IMG/VR virus record: IMGVR_UViG_3300012664_000446
Location: 1-38,653 of that record
Source: a virus
Lineage: Duplodnaviria; Caudoviricetes
Length of the DNA: 38,653 bases
Reading direction: 5' to 3' (one strand)
Positions 16,339-24,332 of this stretch are shown piece by piece. The translations under genes and the position numbers were made by a program. The notes under the pieces are model-generated. The model was not told where the DNA came from. It made no database searches and saw only the letters and a list, made by a program, of their open reading frames with translations. How positions within the stretch are numbered: the first letter of the stretch is position 1; every line of letters begins with the position of its first letter.

Positions 16339-17033
16339 TGCTGATATCCGATTTAATAGAGCAAACAGTGGACCAAATGGACAACACTCTCGAGGTAAAG
16401 AGCTTCGGAGCAGTTGTTGACGGCGTTCAGGAGGTAGCTTTCTGCTGCAATAAGTGGCTGAAACTCTACGGCTCTTTGGAAGTTGACGGTGTAGGCGTAT
16501 CGGTTAACTCGTATGGCGGTAGCGGTTCGGTGTTCCTGGACATAAACGAACCGGAACAAGAGATTAATTTCAACTCAGTTGTTACAATTGAGATACCTTT
16601 GTTCCTTGATGGAAATTTAACCACGGTACAGTGGGAGTGGAGTAAGTTAAGTCTCGATGAGCGTGCAAAACTGCCGTTCATTTGGCTTGTTGCACCAACG
16701 CCCGAAACTATCAACAACACGGACACAGGCATCGGCAAAACGTCTGATTTAACGATGTGGTTCGTACACTGGTCTGATTGGGCTAAGATGAACTCCGACA
16801 GACAGTCCGAAGCGATACGCCCCTTGATGGCTTTAGTCTCTGAATTCGTGAAAACAATCGACAGATTGACGCATATTTTCGAGGGCTACGACAACTATTC
16901 GCAAAAAGACTTCCCGAAAATGGGGACAGAAACGCCACAAGGCGTAGAGAAAACGTTCTTTGGAACGACCTTGTCGGCTATTGAATTGAAAATGAGTGTT
17001 AGAATTTTTGCAAGGTATTGTGAAAAGTGTTAA
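16338..17033 (+). CDS. Neck/tail-terminator-type virion protein
   Basis: Position between the adaptor and tail tube genes; KLPFIWL motif. Confidence 0.5.
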   Translation: MLISDLIEQTVDQMDNTLEVKSFGAVVDGVQEVAFCCNKWLKLYGSLEVDGVGVSVNSYGGSGSVFLDINEPEQEINFNSVVTIEIPLFLDGNLTTVQWEWSKLSLDERAKLPFIWLVAPTPETINNTDTGIGKTSDLTMWFVHWSDWAKMNSDRQSEAIRPLMALVSEFVKTIDRLTHIFEGYDNYSQKDFPKMGTETPQGVEKTFFGTTLSAIELKMSVRIFARYCEKC

Positions 17034-17072
17034 ATTTACAACAAATAGTTAATTTTTTAAAAACGATAACAA

Positions 17073-18017
17073 ATGGAAATTGCAGGATGTAATTGTTCAG
17101 GTAACCGATTAGGTAACACTGGCTACCCAAATGTAAAGCCTTTCGGAGTAACGGCGGGCATTTACATGGTTCCAATCAATGCGGCTGATGGCACTCGCAA
17201 TGGTTTGGACTTAACTTCAACCAACTTAGGGGCTGCTATATTGGCGATGGTCAATAACGTAGACCCAAGTAAAAGAGCTTATCCGTATTTAGGCTTGAAA
17301 AACGTAGCACCTACAGAAGGCGAAGCGGTTTACCAAACAGCTGACGACGGGCAACGTTTCAAATTGCGTAATGGTATTCAAAACATCACTTTCGAGGTGT
17401 GGGGAGTAACTGAGCAATTCTATGGTAAAACTGCTTCGGCTTGTATCGAGTTCGGTATCTACCAAGTGGACAACTGTGGAAATTTAAAAGGACAAAAAGA
17501 AGGTGAATTCCTTTACCCACGTCCAGTGAACAAAGAGTCTTTCAATTCAATGTACGTTCCTACTTCTAATGAAGCTGGTGCTAAAGTTGTATTCGACATG
17601 GACTTTGACTTCTTAACTTCTGATAGCAACCAATGGATGTTACCAGCGGAGGACTTCGGAGTGTTGAGCTTATTATCTTTGAAAGGAATGATCGATGTAC
17701 GTTTAACTTTGGTTGACGTTCAATCGGCTACTGTTTCTGTAGTAGACGCTGAGTTCGATTACGGTTATGCAAACAACCCTCTTCCATGGAAAGGTGCGGT
17801 TGCGGCTGATTTCACGTTCTACAACGTTACTGACGGCGCGGCAATTACTAAAACTATCGCGGAGTCTGCGACAGTTCCAGGACGTTACACAATCACTGCT
17901 GGTTCAGCGATTACGGCGGCGGACGTCGTTACCTTAAACGCTTTCAAAGCGGCAACAGGTAATTTGATGAACGGTTACGAAGGAATCGAGTTAGAGTTCG
18001 TTTACTCTTGGACTTAA
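17073..18017 (+). CDS. Major tail tube protein, probably with a C-terminal Ig-like extension
   Basis: Codon bias like the capsid gene; followed by a strong terminator; beta-rich C-terminus (PGRYTIT). Confidence 0.75.
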   Translation: MEIAGCNCSGNRLGNTGYPNVKPFGVTAGIYMVPINAADGTRNGLDLTSTNLGAAILAMVNNVDPSKRAYPYLGLKNVAPTEGEAVYQTADDGQRFKLRNGIQNITFEVWGVTEQFYGKTASACIEFGIYQVDNCGNLKGQKEGEFLYPRPVNKESFNSMYVPTSNEAGAKVVFDMDFDFLTSDSNQWMLPAEDFGVLSLLSLKGMIDVRLTLVDVQSATVSVVDAEFDYGYANNPLPWKGAVAADFTFYNVTDGAAITKTIAESATVPGRYTITAGSAITAADVVTLNAFKAATGNLMNGYEGIELEFVYSWT

Positions 18018-18038
18018 TCAATAATAACTTTTAAGTTG

Positions 18039-18066
18039 AAAGGCGGCTATAGTGGCCGCCTTTTTT
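18039..18066 (+). terminator. Rho-independent terminator after the major tail gene
   Basis: AAAGGCGGCTA-TAG-TGGCCGCC followed by TTTTTT. Confidence 0.85.
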
Positions 18067-18072
18067 GGTCTT

Positions 18073-18522
18073 ATGGCAATAGGTAAATCAAAACTGCACA
18101 GGATGCTACAGAACGGAAAGAAATTGAACTCCGCTACTGTTTGGTACACTGCTTTCAGTACAGAACTGAAAGAGCAGATTTTGAAATGGATTCAAGAAGA
18201 CCAGCTACAAAAGGAAGGGATAAACAGCAAAGGCGAAGTGATAGGTTACTATTCTTTGACAACCTCGTTTATCAATCCAAAGAAGAAATTTAACACGCAT
18301 TTCACATTCTATGACACGGGCGAGTTTTTCCGCTCGATGTTTGTAAGGGTTTTCCCTGATAGAATTACCATAAATGCAGATGCACAAAAAGGAGAGGATA
18401 ACCTCTTTGACCTATATGGAACTGAAATAATCGGACTCACAGATGAAAACTTGGACAAACTTAAAGAGAAGATTCTCACGCACTACGACAGAGAACTCAG
18501 ACGTATCATTTTCCAGTATTGA
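18073..18522 (+). CDS. Tail completion/virion morphogenesis protein (HK97 gp10-like)
   Basis: YSLTT...KK, FYDTGEFFRS, IIGLTDEN; start set at the ATG after the terminator. Confidence 0.6.
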   Translation: MAIGKSKLHRMLQNGKKLNSATVWYTAFSTELKEQILKWIQEDQLQKEGINSKGEVIGYYSLTTSFINPKKKFNTHFTFYDTGEFFRSMFVRVFPDRITINADAQKGEDNLFDLYGTEIIGLTDENLDKLKEKILTHYDRELRRIIFQY

Positions 18523-18931
18523 GGAATTCCCTCTTTACAATTGGGAAAAGTGCCAAGAGGGACAAATGCAGTACGTCAACAGAGACGGCAAAGCACGTTC
18601 AAACGATGCGGCTCTGTGGGTTACGCTCTACAACCAATACTTAGAACGCTTCGGATGGGGCGAGGATTTGGACAAGTACATTGAAACCAAAACGCATTTG
18701 GTGCAGTTGCGTTTGGCGTTCGTGGAAACAGGAGACGCAATGCTGTTAAACCAAATCGCCATTGAAGAAATAAATTTGATTAACCAAGACCCGACACGCC
18801 ACGAGGGAATGTCGATAGACCAATGCCTTTACCATTTGCGAAAACACATGGGGCAGTGGTTGGATAAGAAGAAAATAACAATTGTAGATTTTAAAATTTC
18901 ACTCAACGAGTATGTCAGAAGCAATAAATAA
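18443..18931 (+). CDS. Probable tail assembly chaperone
   Basis: Immediately upstream of the tape measure gene; SIEEFPLYNW motif; start uncertain (80-nt overlap). Confidence 0.55.
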   Translation: MKTWTNLKRRFSRTTTENSDVSFSSIEEFPLYNWEKCQEGQMQYVNRDGKARSNDAALWVTLYNQYLERFGWGEDLDKYIETKTHLVQLRLAFVETGDAMLLNQIAIEEINLINQDPTRHEGMSIDQCLYHLRKHMGQWLDKKKITIVDFKISLNEYVRSNK

Positions 18932-21900
18932 ACAGGATTTAGTTAAAGGCGATCCGTTTGGAGAAATCCAAAGAGACATCGCTGGCGCAAGTGCGGAGCT
19001 TGACCGCTTCGACCAAAATTTAAGAGAGGTCGCAAAGACACTTTCCAAAGACCTTTCTGCGGCATCTCGTAAAACTCTACAGGATTTAGAGAAAGTAAAC
19101 GCGGCGGAAATCGAAAGCGAGAAACTGTTAAAGCAGAAAATCGCCACGCAACAAGCGCAAACGAAACTCTTAATTGAGGAGGAAAAACTAAAACAAGCGG
19201 CTCTCAGAACTGCCAAGGCTGAGAATGCAACCAAGGAAAAAACCTTGTCTTTGTATCAGCAAGAGAGTAGGAAACTCAACGACCTAAGAAACGCTTACAA
19301 GAATTTAGCAGTCCAAAATAAAGGAAATACCAAAGAGGCAAAAGCCCTTTTGGCGCAAATCGTTCCTTTGGATGCGAAGCTTAAAGCAATTGACCAAACA
19401 GTTGGACAGTCTCAGCGTAACGTTGGAAACTATGGAAACGCCTTAGGCTCTCTTAAATTGAAGTTTAGCCAATTGGCAGGCGTAGCCTCTCAGTTTGGTT
19501 TGGCTATTGGTGGCGGTCAGTTGCTAAGAGATGGAATACAAACAGTTAAGGAATTCGAAACACAAGTGGCGGACCTATCAGCCGTTACAGGTTTATCGGG
19601 TAAATCGCTTGATGATCTAAAAACCAAAGCGATTGATTTCTCCAAGAAATACGGAGAGAGCGCCGCGAGTATTGCAGAAGGTTTCAAGCTAGCTGGTTCT
19701 GCACGCCCTGAGTTATTAAAGGACGGTGCGGCAATGGCAGACTTGACCGAGAAAGCTATCCTACTTTCCAAGGCTTCTGGCGATGACGTGCCAACATCTA
19801 TCGCGAACTTAACCGGGACGCTCAACGCATTTGAAGAACCAGCCTCTAAGGCGGCGAAAATGACTGATATTTTAGCGAACGCTGCACAGTTGGGAGCTAA
19901 GGAAATACCGTATTTGACTGAGGCGTTCACCAAATTCGGGGCTATTGCCAAATCACAAAACATAAGTGTTGCAGAGAGTGCGGCGGCGGTTGAGTTATTG
20001 GGTCAAAAAATGCCCGATGCGGCGAGTGCGGGTACGGGCTTACGTAACGTGATGCTTAAACTTATGGCTCCTGATGCCTTAGGCAAGGATGCTATCGGAC
20101 GTTTGAAAGCCTTGGGCGTTAATTTCTCCCAGCTCTCAGATAAGACTATTCCATTCAGCGACCGTTTAGCGGCGTTGAAACCATTGTTAAAAGATAACGG
20201 GGCACTTGTGAAAGTGTTTGGAAGTGAGAACGCAGTAGCGGCTCAAATCCTTTTATCTCAAACAGACCAATTGAAGAAATTCACAGGCGAGTTAGACAAA
20301 AACGGAACGACTTTAGAGCAAGCCAACATTAAGAGCAACACACTTTCAGAAGCTGGAAAACGTTTAAAAGAGACGTGGAACGGATACGTGTTGGAGCTTG
20401 TAAACGGTCAAGGTGCGGCGCAAGGAATGACTGCGACGCTGGATTTCATGGCGAAAAACTTCGATACTATTGTAACGGTAGTTGGGAAATTGATTAAACT
20501 GTGGATTGCTTACAAGGCTGTTACTGCTGCATTGAAGTTGAAAGAGAACTACTCACTGTGGCAACAGAACAAAAAAGCCATTGCCGAAAGTGGCGAGGCT
20601 CTTAAGGAGGGGGCAAGTAGCGCGAAAGCGTTCGGTTCTGCGATGAAAGCTATCGGTATTTCTATCGCTATCGAGCTTGCTTTAGAGTTAGCTACGGCGT
20701 TCTACGACGTTGCAAGCGGTGCGTATGCGGCACGTATTCAAATGGAAATGCTACAGAAAGCCAACGAGAAAGCAGAGAAGAACGTGAGCGCAGTTACTCA
20801 ACGTACTAAAGAGTGGGTCGATGAACAAAAACGCCTTTTAGATTTGGAAATCCGCGAGCGTAAAGCCAAAGGAGAGAATGACAAGAAGCTGGATAAAGAG
20901 CAATTGCAAAGAGGCAAAGAGATTGAGAAGCAAGGATTGAACCGTATTAAGTACGCTCAGAAAATACGTAAAGAGGAATATACAAATACTATCGCGGAAA
21001 TCGAGAGATACAAGCAAGCACGCGAGAAACTAGGCGGAACGCTAGGCAAACAGTCTAAACGCGAGTTGCAGTTAATAGAGAACGCTACGCGATTAACCAA
21101 GGAAATCGTAGACCTAAACACGGCTGAGAAAGAATTCACCGATTTAATGGACGAGTCGACGGTGGCTATCGTGGAAAATTCCGCGATGAACTTCAAAGCG
21201 ACGAAAGTCATTAAAGAGAAAAAACGCGAGATGCAGAGCGCAAACGATGAAATTGAGCGCATGATCCGTTTACTTGAAACCACTCAGTCCTTAGCCGACG
21301 AAATTGGACTGTATGAAGCGGAGGCGAATGTGCAAAGTGCTATCGAGGCGCAAATGGAAAGCATCAACCAATCAGGGCAGTACTCAATCGATTTGATTAA
21401 ACAACGCATTGAGGAAGAATACAACTTGCAGAAAGCAATTATCGAACGCATTTACCTAGAGGAACTAGACGCGGCAACCAATGAGCAGGAAGTTATCAAC
21501 GCACAAAAACGTAGAGATTTTGAGCTTGGAAAATTGGAAGAGCAGAAAGCCGATAAGACCAAAGAGGTTTTGAAGGATTTGGAAACAGCCCAAGAGGACT
21601 ACGCAGACAAGAACAAAAACGCCGTTGAGTCTGAGAAGAAACTAGCAGAAGACCGCTACAACATCATCAAAGGATTTCAGGAAGCTATCACGCAGTTACT
21701 CACTGACCAAATAGACAAGCGTATCGAACTGATGAAGAAAGAGGAAGACGCGGCGCGAAATCGCCAAGCCTATTTGGAACAGTTAGCAGCGAACGGAAAC
21801 ATTACAGCCAAAGAGTCAATCTCTGAGCAAATAGAAATCCAGCGCGAAGCACAAGCCGAACAAGCGCGACTTGAACGAATGAAACAGAACGTTGAGCTTA

Positions 21901-22424
21901 TCAGTGCAGGACTAGGAACATTCAACAGTCAACTCAACGCTGGAAAATCACCAGCCGAGGCACTCGCTACAACGCTAGCTAGTACTCAGGTGCTTGTTGG
22001 TTTCCTTAAGAATTTGAATTTCTTCGCCAAAGGTACGGACAACGCTCCTGGAGGACTTGCCGTAGTGGATGAACAAGGGGCTGAGATTATCACCGACAAA
22101 CATGGACGTATCAAGGACGTAGGTTCGAACAAAGGGGCACGTTTCACGATGTTGGATAAAGGCGATAAAGTCATAACGGCACAGAAAACCGCTAAGATTT
22201 TGAGTGCGTTCAGCGGAGCAGATAACGCCGCGGCAATGTCTCGCGTTAAGGACAGTGCTGGGAACTCTTACGACTTAATGGCTATCGAGCGTTTGGAACG
22301 TATCGAGAAAGCGATTAAAGCGAGTGCAACCAAAACAGATATACACTGGGATTCTTTGGGCGCTATCCAGCGCACTCAGAAGAACGGCAACACAACTACT
22401 AACCGTTTTAGATTGAAGTCATGA
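18912..22424 (+). CDS. Tail tape measure protein
   Basis: 1170 aa helical protein; QRNVGNY, TP901-type core (LSAVTG...AGTGLRNV), C-terminal FAKGT..APGGLAVVDEQGAE. Confidence 0.93.
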   Translation: MSEAINKQDLVKGDPFGEIQRDIAGASAELDRFDQNLREVAKTLSKDLSAASRKTLQDLEKVNAAEIESEKLLKQKIATQQAQTKLLIEEEKLKQAALRTAKAENATKEKTLSLYQQESRKLNDLRNAYKNLAVQNKGNTKEAKALLAQIVPLDAKLKAIDQTVGQSQRNVGNYGNALGSLKLKFSQLAGVASQFGLAIGGGQLLRDGIQTVKEFETQVADLSAVTGLSGKSLDDLKTKAIDFSKKYGESAASIAEGFKLAGSARPELLKDGAAMADLTEKAILLSKASGDDVPTSIANLTGTLNAFEEPASKAAKMTDILANAAQLGAKEIPYLTEAFTKFGAIAKSQNISVAESAAAVELLGQKMPDAASAGTGLRNVMLKLMAPDALGKDAIGRLKALGVNFSQLSDKTIPFSDRLAALKPLLKDNGALVKVFGSENAVAAQILLSQTDQLKKFTGELDKNGTTLEQANIKSNTLSEAGKRLKETWNGYVLELVNGQGAAQGMTATLDFMAKNFDTIVTVVGKLIKLWIAYKAVTAALKLKENYSLWQQNKKAIAESGEALKEGASSAKAFGSAMKAIGISIAIELALELATAFYDVASGAYAARIQMEMLQKANEKAEKNVSAVTQRTKEWVDEQKRLLDLEIRERKAKGENDKKLDKEQLQRGKEIEKQGLNRIKYAQKIRKEEYTNTIAEIERYKQAREKLGGTLGKQSKRELQLIENATRLTKEIVDLNTAEKEFTDLMDESTVAIVENSAMNFKATKVIKEKKREMQSANDEIERMIRLLETTQSLADEIGLYEAEANVQSAIEAQMESINQSGQYSIDLIKQRIEEEYNLQKAIIERIYLEELDAATNEQEVINAQKRRDFELGKLEEQKADKTKEVLKDLETAQEDYADKNKNAVESEKKLAEDRYNIIKGFQEAITQLLTDQIDKRIELMKKEEDAARNRQAYLEQLAANGNITAKESISEQIEIQREAQAEQARLERMKQNVELISAGLGTFNSQLNAGKSPAEALATTLASTQVLVGFLKNLNFFAKGTDNAPGGLAVVDEQGAEIITDKHGRIKDVGSNKGARFTMLDKGDKVITAQKTAKILSAFSGADNAAAMSRVKDSAGNSYDLMAIERLERIEKAIKASATKTDIHWDSLGAIQRTQKNGNTTTNRFRLKS

Positions 22425-24124
22425 TAAAGTACTATTTGAACGGGGTTGAGTGCAACCCTGCCAACAAGGATTCTGTAGAATATACTTTCGACTTTACTGA
22501 TCGTCGAGCACGAGAGTTAGAAATGAACGTCGAGTCTTTGAAGTTTGTGAAAGCGGACAAAGAAGCTATTGATACGTGGCTTTCCAATTATGGTTATTTT
22601 GTTGGAATGCCTTTGGACATCGTTTACTCCAACGGCAATACTATCCGTTACGTGCTGGATTTCCAAGACGGGGCGTTCGTCAAGTCGACACGCTCTTATT
22701 TGGTGAAGCCAAAACGCTACAAGGCGATGGATACCTTCTTTGACAATGCGGACGGGTTGTCATTCGGGGATATCGCGTGGCAAGAATCGGATTTTGTAAA
22801 GGTCGACTATGTAGTAATCCCTCCCGACCAAATTACGTATTTCATTACTTTGGCACTTGGTACGTTCTCATTTGCGCAGGAGCTTGTAAGAGCGGTGAAG
22901 GAATTAGTAGAAACAATTACGGAACTCATCAAGGCGATAGTTCCTGTAGGTATTCCTGTTCCTGGTCCTGACTGGGGGGCAATTATTATTTTGGTCATCA
23001 AGGTACTTGCTCGAATCGCTTACATTATCCTTATCATCGTAGCCCTTTCAAAATTGATTGTTGAAATGGTTAACCTCATCTTTCCAAAAATCCGCCAATT
23101 CAAAGCGGCGACCGTTCCAAAACTTATCCAAAAAGGTTGTGAGAAATTAGGCTACACACTGCAGTCTACGCTCCTTGATAGTTTAGGACCTTTGACCGTT
23201 TGCCCCGTTCCGCTTAAGGAGAAGAAACCTTCCCTTTGGAAACAGATATTTGCGCCAATGTCTCAGGCGTACACACGCGGCTATCCTTCAGGGCGCGACA
23301 GTGTGTGGCTCTTAGGGCAGTTGATTACAGAAGTTGAGAATACTTTCAACGCCAAAACAGTTGTAAAAGATGGGGTTGTAAGAATCGAAACCGAGGCATG
23401 GTACGAACAAAACGCGACAGGATTAATGCTGGAATCGTTTACGGATCAAGTTGCGCTAAGTTCTGACAACCGACTGAACACTGACCAAATATTCAAACGT
23501 TTGGTTTTGGCGTATGCTACCGACCCAACGGACGTTAACACTTACGACGACACGGAAAAATCCCTTTATGAAGTATCGAGTGAAGTGTCGAACGTTCCGG
23601 CTCCTAATTTGGAACTGATAAAAGGCGTCGACGTCATCAACTTGGGCTTTGCTCGCGGAACAACCAAAGGCGAGTTAACGGTATTTGAGAAAGCATTGAA
23701 GAAACTTGCGGCGGCGATTGACAATTTCACCAACAACAACTCGGCGGCTAAAATCGACTCGCGCAAATACGCGATGCAAATATCTTCGCAGTACTACGGA
23801 CAGACGAAACTGCTTTGGATGAATGGCTCGAAATTACATAGCAATCAGAACGCCTATATCGGTTGCGATGTGCTTGTAAATAAGTACCATTCCTCGCGTT
23901 TCATTCAAAATAATCAGTGGGATGTTTTCGAGTCGATGCCTGTAGCCTTAACAGAAAGTGAAATTTTTAACATTTTATCAAATAATTTTGTAAATTTGAA
24001 CAATGGCAACGTGATTAAAATCACACGCATAAATTGGAGCGAAGTTAGAAACATAGCTTTAGTAGATTTCCAAATGCGCAGAGCGAGTGTTAACGAAAAA
24101 ACAGAGGTAATAAATGCAGGCTGA
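22421..24124 (+). CDS. Tail tip/hub protein with an internal hydrophobic segment
   Basis: ATGA overlap with the TMP stop; 567 aa; hydrophobic helices at about aa 138-222. Confidence 0.6.
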   Translation: MIKYYLNGVECNPANKDSVEYTFDFTDRRARELEMNVESLKFVKADKEAIDTWLSNYGYFVGMPLDIVYSNGNTIRYVLDFQDGAFVKSTRSYLVKPKRYKAMDTFFDNADGLSFGDIAWQESDFVKVDYVVIPPDQITYFITLALGTFSFAQELVRAVKELVETITELIKAIVPVGIPVPGPDWGAIIILVIKVLARIAYIILIIVALSKLIVEMVNLIFPKIRQFKAATVPKLIQKGCEKLGYTLQSTLLDSLGPLTVCPVPLKEKKPSLWKQIFAPMSQAYTRGYPSGRDSVWLLGQLITEVENTFNAKTVVKDGVVRIETEAWYEQNATGLMLESFTDQVALSSDNRLNTDQIFKRLVLAYATDPTDVNTYDDTEKSLYEVSSEVSNVPAPNLELIKGVDVINLGFARGTTKGELTVFEKALKKLAAAIDNFTNNNSAAKIDSRKYAMQISSQYYGQTKLLWMNGSKLHSNQNAYIGCDVLVNKYHSSRFIQNNQWDVFESMPVALTESEIFNILSNNFVNLNNGNVIKITRINWSEVRNIALVDFQMRRASVNEKTEVINAG

Positions 24125-24332
24125 CGACTTTAAGCAGATTCTAGGGATGGACATCCCGAACGCCTTAGAGGCAATTCAGAAGTTAGAGCGCGGAGTTGCG
24201 CCCATTATGGCACGTGTTGAGAAACATCGTAGCGAAATTGACCCTTCTATGTTAACTAAATTCGATGAGGTTTTGAACGATTTGGACGAAGCCCGTAAAA
24301 AATTAAAAGACAATGGCACTTTCGATAGTTGA
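24114..24332 (+). CDS. Small helical hypothetical protein
   Basis: 72-aa ORF overlapping both neighbours. Confidence 0.65.
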   Translation: MQADDFKQILGMDIPNALEAIQKLERGVAPIMARVEKHRSEIDPSMLTKFDEVLNDLDEARKKLKDNGTFDS

